This document shows, piece after piece, positions 18,581 through 26,929 of a stretch of 32,000 bases of DNA. Source of the stretch: Psychrobacter sp. DM4 (GTDB lineage Bacteria > Pseudomonadota > Gammaproteobacteria > Pseudomonadales > Moraxellaceae); contig NZ_CP195536.1 of the NCBI RefSeq assembly GCF_051307035.1, forward strand, positions 1,320,001-1,352,000, read 5' to 3'. Below the pieces are notes generated by a model. That model made no database searches and was not told where the DNA came from. It was given only the letters and a program-made list of their open reading frames with translations. Position numbers and translations under genes: made by a program. The first letter of the stretch is position 1, and each line of letters begins with the position of its first letter.

Positions 18581-19936
18581 TTATTTAGGAATGTACTGAC
18601 TCCATGGCTGTGCACGGATAGCTTCTGGTGTTTTGCTAATCACATCGAATTGGCCATCAGCGCGGATTTGACCGATCATGACAGGCTTCCATAAGTGGTG
18701 GTTTTCTTCATCCATTTTCAGGGTGTATCCTGATGGCGCATCAAAAGTCTGTCCGCCCATGCTAATACGTACTTTATCGACATCGGTCGTACCCGCTTTT
18801 TCAACCGCTTGTTTCCACATGTTAATACCGACATACGTGGCTTCCATAGGATCATTAGTCACGACCTTGTCGGCGTTGGGTAGCTTCTGATCTAGCGCAT
18901 ATTGCTTATATTTTTTAGTGAAGCTGCTGTTCACAGGGTTTTTAACCGACATAAAGTAGTTCCATGCCGCCAAATGACCCTGTAGTAAGCTGGTATCGAT
19001 ACCGCGTAGCTCTTCTTCACCTACTGAGAATGCCATGACTGGAATGTCAGAGGCTTTGATACCTTGGTTAGCAAGCTCACGATAAAAGGGCACGTTTGAA
19101 TCCCCATTAATGGTAGAGATAACCGCCGTCTTTTTACCGGTAGAGAAGTTTTTGATATCACCTACGATAGTCTGATAGTTGCTAAAGCCGAATGGCGTAT
19201 ATTCTTCCATGATGTCTGCTTCAGCGACGCCTTTAGACTTTAAAAAAGCTCTTAGAATTTGGTTGGTGGTACGAGGATAGACATAATCTGTGCCAAGTAA
19301 TACAAAACGCTCTGCACTACCGCCCTCTGGGCTCATCAAGTACTCAACGGCAGGAATGGCTTGCTGATTGGGTGCTGCGCCAGTATAAAAGATGTTTTCT
19401 GACTGCTCTTGACCTTCGTACTGTACCGGATAGAACATCAGGCCATTTAACTCTTCAACCACTGGCAATACTGACTTACGCGACACCGACGTCCAGCCGC
19501 CAAATATCACATCAACTTTATCTTGGGTTAATAGCTGACGTGCTTTTTCAGCGAATAATGGCCAGTCGGAGGCGGGATCAACCACAACAGGCTCTAGCTG
19601 CTTACCTAACACGCCGCCGTTAGCATTGATCTCGTTAATGGTCATGAGCGCCGTATCTTTTAGAGACGTCTCAGAGATGGCCATTGTGCCAGATAAAGAA
19701 TGCAAAATACCTACTTTGATTGTGTCGCCATCAGCCGCAGGGGTAGTAGTGGTCTCGGAGGTTTCAGCGGTAGAATTGGTTTCTGCGCCAGTTTCAGCAG
19801 GTTTTTGGCAACCGATTAGACTTAAGCTACCGACGATAGCTACTGCTAGTAGAGACAAACGTGAGGTTAGTTTTGAGTCGATACGAGAGCTCGAATTGAT
19901 TTTGGCAACAGGAATAAGAGTAGGCAATAATGACAT
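18581..19936 (-). CDS. urtA: Urea-binding periplasmic lipoprotein UrtA
   Basis: It is a LivK-type binding protein. It has a lipobox (LSLIGC) followed by a T/E/A-rich linker. I prefer the ATG at 19936, which has a GGAG ribosome-binding site at 19943-19946, over the track's TTG at 19948. Confidence 0.9.
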   Translation of the reverse strand: MSLLPTLIPVAKINSSSRIDSKLTSRLSLLAVAIVGSLSLIGCQKPAETGAETNSTAETSETTTTPAADGDTIKVGILHSLSGTMAISETSLKDTALMTINEINANGGVLGKQLEPVVVDPASDWPLFAEKARQLLTQDKVDVIFGGWTSVSRKSVLPVVEELNGLMFYPVQYEGQEQSENIFYTGAAPNQQAIPAVEYLMSPEGGSAERFVLLGTDYVYPRTTNQILRAFLKSKGVAEADIMEEYTPFGFSNYQTIVGDIKNFSTGKKTAVISTINGDSNVPFYRELANQGIKASDIPVMAFSVGEEELRGIDTSLLQGHLAAWNYFMSVKNPVNSSFTKKYKQYALDQKLPNADKVVTNDPMEATYVGINMWKQAVEKAGTTDVDKVRISMGGQTFDAPSGYTLKMDEENHHLWKPVMIGQIRADGQFDVISKTPEAIRAQPWSQYIPK

Positions 19937-20010
19937 ATAGTTCTCCAAAAAAGATAAAGTAGCAACCTAGTAGGTCGAGTTAATAAACCGACACTAACTG
20001 CTAGTGATGC

Positions 20011-20026
20011 TTCAATATTTATGCCA
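20011..20026 (-). promoter_or_regulatory. Candidate sigma-54 promoter for urtA (TGGCAT-N5-TTGAA on the minus strand)
   Basis: The reverse complement reads TGGCATAAATATTGAAG. The -24 GG is canonical, but the -12 element is GA rather than GC. It lies about 75 nt upstream of the urtA ATG and closely resembles the nirB candidate at 27064-27079. Confidence 0.45.
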
Positions 20027-20088
20027 ACCTAAAAATATAACCAGTTGCGCTAGAATCGTTAGTTATTTAGAAAAAGCCACCTTTTTTT

Positions 20089-20133
20089 TGCACCATTTTG
20101 GTTCTATGCTTTATTATGCACCATAATCGTCTG
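20089..20133. promoter_or_regulatory. Two TGCACCAT half-site elements (NtrC-like enhancer candidates) upstream of urtA
   Basis: TGCACCATTTTGGTTCT (20089-20105) matches the NtrC consensus TGCACC-N5-GGTGCA at 10 of 12 positions. TGCACCATAATCGTCTG (20117-20133) matches only the left half. Confidence 0.35.
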
Positions 20134-20432
20134 GTTTAGAGAGCTAAATCTGTGCATAGACAGTTATTCATTTGATGGATATAACGGCGCTAAAAGGGTT
20201 TTATAACCAGTTAAAGCTATTGAAAAGGGTATACGAATATAAAACCTTGTCTTTATATCGCTAACCTGTGAGTTTTTAGTATTGCTTAAAGATGTAATCT
20301 CTCAAGAACAAAGAGCTTAGTCGTATCCGTAGTACGACTCAATGTAGTACCCGCTCCGGTTTGGCGACATTCTAGCTTATTGGTAGCTACTATTGTAATG
20401 TCGTGGACTACTAAAAAGCTTCTCGTACGAAT

Positions 20433-20449
20433 AGCACCGCTTAGGTGCA
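20433..20449. promoter_or_regulatory. NtrC-like upstream activator site (AGCACC-GCTTA-GGTGCA)
   Basis: It matches the TGCACC-N5-GGTGCA dyad at 11 of 12 positions. It lies about 210 bp upstream of the sigma-54 candidate at 20655. Another TGCACC occurs at 20462. Confidence 0.5.
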
Positions 20450-20654
20450 CTGCTATAGCAATGCACCAACTGAGATCTTTTTAAACAGCGAATACTGCTT
20501 GAGAGAATATAATGAAACTTGGTATAACAAAATTATCCTTCAAAATCTTCTAGGTCATAAAATGTAAAGACGCCATAGTTAAAGAGTTGTAAGACAAAAT
20601 AGTTAGTTACGAAACCAGCTAACGACCATAACATTAGGCTTGTCTCGCAACCCT

Positions 20655-20670
20655 TGGCATACCTATTGCT
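20655..20670 (+). promoter_or_regulatory. Candidate sigma-54 promoter for the FNT gene (TGGCAT-ACCTA-TTGCT)
   Basis: GG-N10-GC spacing is canonical. It lies 43 nt upstream of the ATG at 20713. Confidence 0.65.
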
Positions 20671-20712
20671 TTAGCTATATTGTTATTTATCAATCAACAA
20701 TTGAGGTGTTTG

Positions 20713-21528
20713 ATGGCGTACATTGATCCAAGCGAATTCACGACGAAAATGGTAGATTCTGGTGAGTCTAAGATGAGTATGTCAACCAGCGATACCTTAA
20801 TCCGCGCCTTTATGGCAGGTGCAATATTAGCACTGGCGGCTTTTTTTGCGATTACAGTAACAGTGAATACAGGTAATCCGCTGTTAGGAGCACTATTGTT
20901 TCCAGTCGGATTTATCATGCTGTATCTAATGAAGTTTGATTTGCTGACAGGCGTATTTACACTTGTACCTTTAGCCTTATTAGATAAGCGTCCAGGCTGC
21001 GATATGAAGCAGTTATTGCGCAATTGGGGGCTTGTGTTTTTAGGCAATTTAGGCGGAGCCATAACCGTGGCTTTTCTAGCTTCTTTTATCTTAACCTTTG
21101 GTTATGAGACAGACGGTGGCACTATAGCGGCCAAAGTAGGCACTATTGGAGAGGCTCGTACACTAGGTTATCAGTCTCACGGAACTTCAGGCTGGTTTAC
21201 TATTTTTGTTCGCGGCATGTTATGTAATTGGATGGTTTCGATGGGCGTAGTAGGCGCTATGATTTCAACTTCAGCATCTGGTAAGATGTTTGCTATGTAC
21301 ATGCCAATCATGCTCTTCTTTTATATGGGTTTTGAGCACTCTATTGTTAATATGTTCCTATTCCCATTCTCAATGATTATGGGTGGTGATTTTACAATCG
21401 CAGATTATTTGATTTGGAATGAATTACCTACAGTACTAGGTAACCTAGTAGGGGGTCTGTTTTTTGTAGGTTTGCCGCTGTACTTTACTCATGTACGCAC
21501 TCGTCCAAGCCGCAAATTGGTTCAATGA
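20713..21528 (+). CDS. Formate/nitrite transporter (FNT) family channel, NirC/FocA-like; substrate unknown (nitrite or cyanate suggested by context)
   Basis: It shows six-TM FNT hallmarks (LCNWMVS, GFEHSIVNMF). I prefer the ATG at 20713, which has a GAGGTG ribosome-binding site at 20703-20708, over the track's TTG at 20680. Confidence 0.85.
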   Translation: MAYIDPSEFTTKMVDSGESKMSMSTSDTLIRAFMAGAILALAAFFAITVTVNTGNPLLGALLFPVGFIMLYLMKFDLLTGVFTLVPLALLDKRPGCDMKQLLRNWGLVFLGNLGGAITVAFLASFILTFGYETDGGTIAAKVGTIGEARTLGYQSHGTSGWFTIFVRGMLCNWMVSMGVVGAMISTSASGKMFAMYMPIMLFFYMGFEHSIVNMFLFPFSMIMGGDFTIADYLIWNELPTVLGNLVGGLFFVGLPLYFTHVRTRPSRKLVQ

Positions 21529-21551
21529 TGACATATGAGTTCTGCTATTAA

Positions 21552-21580
21552 TAGACCTCGCTTAGGCGAGGTTTATTATT
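21552..21580 (+). terminator. Hairpin plus T-rich tract between the FNT and PP2C-kinase genes (terminator or attenuator)
   Basis: ACCTCGC-TTAG-GCGAGGT forms a 7-bp GC-rich stem, extendable to about 10 bp, followed by TTATTATT. Confidence 0.55.
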
Positions 21581-21611
21581 GAGGGATCAAACTTAGCTTC
21601 TGGACATCACA

Positions 21612-23330
21612 ATGACACAGAAAAAACTTTCGGTGAGTATCAGTCAGCATTCACAAGCAGGAATAGGAAAACTGGTAAATCAGGACGCCCTTATCGCCTA
21701 TGTGCCTGATGATAGTCTGTTGCAATCTAAGGGCGCTGTATTTGCCGTTGCTGATGGTATCAGTACGAGTCAATTTGGTGCAAAAGCTAGTCAGATAGCA
21801 GTGAGTAGTTTTTTAAATGATTATTTAGATACACCAGAGACTTGGTCTACAAAGACATCAGGATTCAAAGTATTACTGTCAATAAATTCATGGTTGGTTG
21901 CACAAAGTCGACAAGGCGGGCACAGCTTTAATCAAAATAAAGGCTATGTGTGTGCATTTGCTACCCTTATTATCAAATCGCGCAGCATTCACATATTTCA
22001 CTCAGGTGATGTCCGTGTCGTTATGCTACATAAGGGTATTATCGATATTCTCACTCAAGATCATCGTCAAGTTTATGATAATGAACGTACTTATCTAAGT
22101 GCAGCACTAGGCTTAGATGATCATATCCGTCTGGATTATCTAAACGTTGAAGCCCAGTTGGACGCAACTTACCTTTTACTAAGCGATGGTGTTCATGAGC
22201 ATTTAAACAACGATGATATCATTCAGACATTAGAAAAATTACCAAGTGCTACCTGTGCTCAAAGACTTTGTGAATTGGCTACTATAAAGGGCTCTGTAGA
22301 TGATGCCAGTGCTTTAGTGATAAAAATTAATGATCTACTAGCAGAAGATAGAAGTGAGTTTTATAGGTATACCAAAGATCTTACTCCCATAATCTCGTTA
22401 GAAAAGGGAGCTGTAATTGATGGACTGAATGTTGTTAGACCACTCAGTAAAACGCCGCGCAGCCACACATACTTAGTCATAGATCAAAATGAAAATTTGT
22501 ACGTCTTAAAAACGCCTTCTGCTGAAAAAAGTCAAGATGACACTCATATTGAAAGTATGCTTATGGAGGAGTGGGTGGCAAGGCGTCTAAATAATACCCA
22601 TCTGATGACAGCGCCTAAGCTAAAAACACCACGTTCAAAACTATATACTCTAAGCCACTATGTTGAAGCTCAGAGCTTAGCTCAATGGATGGCAGAGCAT
22701 CCAAAACCGAGCCTTAATCAAGTACGATCTATCATTCAGCAAATTGCAACTGGATTACAAGTCATGCACCGCGCCGAGGTCATTCATCGTGATCTAAGAC
22801 CAGAAAATATCTTGATAGATGACAAAGGGACGGTCACAATTATTGATTTCGGTGAGGTTAGCATTGCAGGTTTAGATAAGGTTAATGCTGACAATATAAT
22901 ACCAGGTAGTTTACAGTATACAGCACCAGAGTATTTATTAGGTGCTGTAGGTACGGCAGGAAGTGATGTCTTTTCGCTGGGTATTTTAACTTATCAGATT
23001 CTAAGTGGTCAATTACCGTATGGCCTAAAGGTATCTAGTGCCTATAGCAAAAAGGCGCAAAATCAACTCAAAATTAGACCCTTGTTAGAGCTGGGCATAC
23101 GTATACCAGAGTGGTCTGTTTATGCTATAAATAAAGCATTAGATACTGATCCAAAACGTCGCTATAAAGAAGTTTCTGAATTTATTTATGAGCTCAATAG
23201 CCCAAGCTCAGATTTTAAACCTGAGCATAATACCGCATGGATCGATCGCGACCCAGTGCGATTCTGGCAAGGCGTAAGCACTGCCTTATTAGTAGTAGTG
23301 CTTAGCCTGATTTTAAGTGACTATTGGTAG
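21612..23330 (+). CDS. Bifunctional PP2C-type phosphatase / Ser-Thr protein kinase fusion with a C-terminal TM anchor (STK1)
   Basis: 572 aa.
- PPM motifs: NQD, VADGIS, SGDVRV, LLSDGV, DDAS (aa about 5-240).
- Kinase motifs: YVLK, HRDLRPEN (HRD at 22785-22793), DFG (22845-22853), TAPE, SDVFSLG.
- Terminal hydrophobic segment: ALLVVVLSLILS. Confidence 0.85.
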   Translation: MTQKKLSVSISQHSQAGIGKLVNQDALIAYVPDDSLLQSKGAVFAVADGISTSQFGAKASQIAVSSFLNDYLDTPETWSTKTSGFKVLLSINSWLVAQSRQGGHSFNQNKGYVCAFATLIIKSRSIHIFHSGDVRVVMLHKGIIDILTQDHRQVYDNERTYLSAALGLDDHIRLDYLNVEAQLDATYLLLSDGVHEHLNNDDIIQTLEKLPSATCAQRLCELATIKGSVDDASALVIKINDLLAEDRSEFYRYTKDLTPIISLEKGAVIDGLNVVRPLSKTPRSHTYLVIDQNENLYVLKTPSAEKSQDDTHIESMLMEEWVARRLNNTHLMTAPKLKTPRSKLYTLSHYVEAQSLAQWMAEHPKPSLNQVRSIIQQIATGLQVMHRAEVIHRDLRPENILIDDKGTVTIIDFGEVSIAGLDKVNADNIIPGSLQYTAPEYLLGAVGTAGSDVFSLGILTYQILSGQLPYGLKVSSAYSKKAQNQLKIRPLLELGIRIPEWSVYAINKALDTDPKRRYKEVSEFIYELNSPSSDFKPEHNTAWIDRDPVRFWQGVSTALLVVVLSLILSDYW

Positions 23331-23352
23331 CTCAATCATATAGCAGATCGAA

Positions 23353-23793
23353 TTACCACGTTTTGTAAGGTAAAAATTTACCATTAAGTACAATAACGAC
23401 TCTATCCCCATTGGGATTTTCTTCTTTATCTATATCAATAGAGAAGTCAATTGCACTCATGATACCATCCCCAAACTTTTCTTGAACCACCTCTTTGATG
23501 CTAGTGCCATAGATACCAACTGCCTCATACAGTCTATAGACAAGTGGATCTTGAGGAACATCACGTCCCCAACTTTTTGTTGGATATTCCATCAAAGTAG
23601 TCTTTGCTTGGTCTCCAAGCTCTAGCAACGAGCATAATTTACTAGCAGGTGCCTCAGGCATACTATTATTACCAAAACAAGCTGACGTCACCCAAACAAC
23701 GCCCATTTCTAGATGAGCGGCAATGTCTTCCCAGCTTAAAGACTTCTCTTTTTTAGCCAAAATGATTGCTTCTGTTAATTCTTCACGTGTCAT
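23353..23793 (-). CDS. cynS: Cyanase (cyanate hydratase/lyase) CynS
   Basis: 146 aa, canonical in length and sequence (…LVYRLYE…GDGIMSAIDF…DRVVIVLNGKFLPYKTW). Confidence 0.95.
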   Translation of the reverse strand: MTREELTEAIILAKKEKSLSWEDIAAHLEMGVVWVTSACFGNNSMPEAPASKLCSLLELGDQAKTTLMEYPTKSWGRDVPQDPLVYRLYEAVGIYGTSIKEVVQEKFGDGIMSAIDFSIDIDKEENPNGDRVVIVLNGKFLPYKTW

Positions 23794-23862
23794 ACTTAAT
23801 TACTCCAATAGTTTAAATTAAATGACGAAAAGTAGGCGTTTGCGATGTAACTGACAAGTTAA

Positions 23863-24219
23863 CTAGACTTTATGAGTACTAACCACCACCTTGCTGTTTT
23901 CAAGCCCTACTCGATAGATATCAAGTTTTACACTCTCATCATCCAAGCAGTGCCCAGTTGCCAAATTAAAGCGCTGTTTATAAATAGGTGAGGCGACGTA
24001 GAGCACCTCTTCAGTGCCGCCCGTATCATCTGCGATAGTGGTACCACCAATCAATCCACGAGAGAGTACATTGGCTTGACTAAAGGGATCGTAATTATCG
24101 AGGGCAAATAAGTCATCTTGCTTGGTGCGAAAGATAGCAATCTGCTTACCCTCTATGAGCGCGCAAACGCCCGTCTCAGGGAGAATGTCATTCAGTTGGC
24201 AAACGGTGTGCTGAATCAT
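23863..24219 (-). CDS. nirD: Assimilatory nitrite reductase small subunit NirD (Rieske-like fold)
   Basis: 118 aa, directly downstream of nirB, with the typical NirD pattern (VCALIEGKQIAIFR...SPIYKQRFNLATGHCLDD). Confidence 0.9.
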   Translation of the reverse strand: MIQHTVCQLNDILPETGVCALIEGKQIAIFRTKQDDLFALDNYDPFSQANVLSRGLIGGTTIADDTGGTEEVLYVASPIYKQRFNLATGHCLDDESVKLDIYRVGLENSKVVVSTHKV

Positions 24220-24317
24220 AGGGTTATCCTTTACGTGTAACGAGTAGCAAATAAAACTTCAAACACAGCTATCTATAAAAGGGGTTAGCGCTGTGTTTGA
24301 AAAAGGGAGTAGACTAT

Positions 24318-26900
24318 TTATGCCAACTCAGTCACTTGGATTTTGGCTTTTTCAGCGTCCGTCGCTGGGCGAATCTGATTGCGCTCGCTTACAAAGATGA
24401 CGTTATCATCGCCTTGCTCACTGTTCACAAAATGACGGAAGCGTTTGAGCTTTTCGCTATCAGTAATAGTGGCTTTCCACTCACAGACATAGTTATCGAC
24501 CAGTAGCTGCATTTGTGCCTCAAGCTCATCTGCGATACCTAAGCTGTCGTCAATAATGACCGCTTGTAGATACTCAAGTCCACCATCCAAGCTCTCGCGC
24601 CACTTTGAGGTGCGCTGTAGCTTATCGGCGGTTTTAATATAGAACATAATAATACGGTCGATATACTTGACCATCGTTTCAGTATCAAGGTCGGTTGCAA
24701 ACAGCTCGCCATGGCGCGGAGTAATGCCGCCGTTACCACCGACGAATAAGTTCCAGCCATTCTCGGTTGCGATCATGCCAAAGTCCTTACTCTGCGCCTC
24801 AGCACACTCGCGCATGCATCCTGATACGCCCATCTTGATCTTATGCGGTGAGCGTACGCCTTTGTAACGATCCTCTAATCTAATCGCCAGACCCATACTG
24901 TCATCCACCCCATATCGACACCAGTCATTACCCACACAAGACTTGACCGTGCGTAACGACTTACCGTAGGCATGACCCGTCTCAAAGCCTGCTTCTACCA
25001 GTTGTGTCCAGATATCAGGTAATTGCTCCATACGCGCACCGAACAGATCGACTCGCTGTCCGCCAGTGATCTTGGTGTATAGATTAAATTCTTTGGCGAC
25101 TTGTCCGAGTACGATGAGCTTATCGGCGGTAATCTCACCACCTGGTACACGGGGTACGACCGAATACGTGCCATCCTTTTGAATATTGCCTAGATAGTAA
25201 TCATTACTATCCTGTAGTGGGGTCAGCTCAGGTTTGAGTACATAATCATTCCAGCATGAGGACAAGATAGAGGCGACGGTCGGTTTGCAAATCTCACAGC
25301 CATGACCGCTACCGTGTTCAGTGAGTAGCTCATCAAAGGTTCTGATGCCGTGGACGCGAATCAAGCTATACAAGTCCTGACGCGAGTAGGCAAAATGCTC
25401 GCACAAGTCGTTATTGACTTCAAAGCCAAGGGTAGTCAGCTGATAGCTCAAGGTATCTTTGACCATGGGCGCACAACCACCGCAGCCCGTACCAGCACTA
25501 GTGACCGCTTTGACATCAGCAATGGAGTACGCACCGTTTTCGACCGCGGCGCAGATCGCGCCTTTGGTGACGTTATAACAAGAGCAAATCGTGGCGGTAT
25601 CTGGCAGATTATCAATGCCCATGACCGGCTTTTCGACATTAGGTAATATCAGACTTTCAGGATGCGCAGGCAAGTCAATATCATTGAGATACAGTTGTAA
25701 TAAGTTATTATAGTCTTCGGTATCACCGACCAATACCGCACCAAGCAGACGCTTATTATCAGGCGTGGTCACCAGCTTCTTGTAGATACCCTCTGCTGGA
25801 TTCTGGTACAGATAACTCAGTCCGCCCTCAGTAGTACCATGGGCATCACCGATACTGCCAACGTCTACGCCCATCAGTTTGAGCTTGGTACTCATATCAG
25901 CACCAGCAAATATTTGCTCACTATCACCCGCAATTTGTGCGGCGCAAATGCTCGCCATACTATAACCGGGCGCAACCAAACCAAATACCTTGTTGTCCCA
26001 TACCGCACATTCGCCAATGGCATAGACGTGCTCCGCGTTAGTGCGGCACTGCTCATCGATCAAAATCCCGCCACGGCTACCCATTTCGATACCGCATTCA
26101 GGATTGTCTTTGACAATGCCATCTTGCGGACGGATACCCGCACTAAAGAGAATTAAATCGGTATCAAGAGAGGTGCCATCAGCAAATTGCATGGTCAAAA
26201 AACAATCGTCATCGTCTGTGACGGTATGAGAGATAATTTCTTTGGTGTTTTTACCTGTCAAGACGGTAACGCCCAGTGCTTCGATTTTGCGTTTTAAGAT
26301 CTCGCCGCCTGCGGCATCAAGCTGAACGCCCATCAGTTGCGGCGCAAATTCGACCACATAAGTCTCAAGACCTAGAGTCACGAGCGCTTTTGCAGCCTCA
26401 AGTCCAAGCAAACCACCACCGACGACCACGCCCTTTTTGACTTTAGGTAATTCAGCTGTCGCTAAAATATCATCCAAATCAGCAATCGTACGATACACGT
26501 GACAATGCGGATGCTCGCGACCCGGAATCGGTGGCACAAAGGGGTAGGAGCCTGTCGCTAAAACCAGCTCGCTGTACTCAATCTGCTCGCCGTCCTCTGT
26601 GGTAATGGATTGAGTCGTCGAGTCGATATCTACAATGCGTTGATTAAGATGCAAGTTTACCTTTGATGATTCGTAAACGTTGAGATCGACAAGGTTGAGT
26701 TTGCTGGCATCCTTGTGCTCAAAATAGCTAGATAGATAAACGCGATCATAAGCAGGGCGATCCTCTTCAGCGAATACATGAATCTCAAATTGTTCATGTA
26801 GTCCTTGTTCAATGGCGCGCTCAACGAAATGATGACCGACCATACCGTTGCCGATGACGACTAGGTTACCTTTGCTACTTATATTCATTGTACTACTCAT
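24318..26900 (-). CDS. nirB: NAD(P)H-dependent assimilatory nitrite reductase large subunit NirB
   Basis: 860 aa. It has FAD- and NAD-binding GxGxxG motifs (VIGNGMVG, VVGGGLLGLEAA), BFD-like [2Fe-2S] cysteines (CSCYNV...GTGCGGC), and a sirohaem/[4Fe-4S] domain (SGCMRECAEA). Confidence 0.95.
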   Translation of the reverse strand: MSSTMNISSKGNLVVIGNGMVGHHFVERAIEQGLHEQFEIHVFAEEDRPAYDRVYLSSYFEHKDASKLNLVDLNVYESSKVNLHLNQRIVDIDSTTQSITTEDGEQIEYSELVLATGSYPFVPPIPGREHPHCHVYRTIADLDDILATAELPKVKKGVVVGGGLLGLEAAKALVTLGLETYVVEFAPQLMGVQLDAAGGEILKRKIEALGVTVLTGKNTKEIISHTVTDDDDCFLTMQFADGTSLDTDLILFSAGIRPQDGIVKDNPECGIEMGSRGGILIDEQCRTNAEHVYAIGECAVWDNKVFGLVAPGYSMASICAAQIAGDSEQIFAGADMSTKLKLMGVDVGSIGDAHGTTEGGLSYLYQNPAEGIYKKLVTTPDNKRLLGAVLVGDTEDYNNLLQLYLNDIDLPAHPESLILPNVEKPVMGIDNLPDTATICSCYNVTKGAICAAVENGAYSIADVKAVTSAGTGCGGCAPMVKDTLSYQLTTLGFEVNNDLCEHFAYSRQDLYSLIRVHGIRTFDELLTEHGSGHGCEICKPTVASILSSCWNDYVLKPELTPLQDSNDYYLGNIQKDGTYSVVPRVPGGEITADKLIVLGQVAKEFNLYTKITGGQRVDLFGARMEQLPDIWTQLVEAGFETGHAYGKSLRTVKSCVGNDWCRYGVDDSMGLAIRLEDRYKGVRSPHKIKMGVSGCMRECAEAQSKDFGMIATENGWNLFVGGNGGITPRHGELFATDLDTETMVKYIDRIIMFYIKTADKLQRTSKWRESLDGGLEYLQAVIIDDSLGIADELEAQMQLLVDNYVCEWKATITDSEKLKRFRHFVNSEQGDDNVIFVSERNQIRPATDAEKAKIQVTELA

Positions 26901-26929
26901 GCCTCTGTCCTTTTAGAAGGGGGGATTGA

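Noticed and set aside
20680-20712. The TTG start at 20680 for the FNT gene, the ATG at 27482 for the nitrate transporter and the TTG at 19948 for urtA, as given by the ORF track
   Set aside because: In each case a downstream ATG has a well-spaced Shine-Dalgarno sequence: GAGGTG for 20713, AAGGAAG for 27554 and GGAG for 19936. The upstream extensions add non-homologous residues. For the FNT gene, the extension also starts very close to the predicted sigma-54 transcription start.
23331-23352. A terminator between the convergent STK1 and cynS genes
   Set aside because: Only 22 bp separate the two stop codons and no stem-loop can be formed there. Termination signals, if any, must lie within the opposing coding regions.
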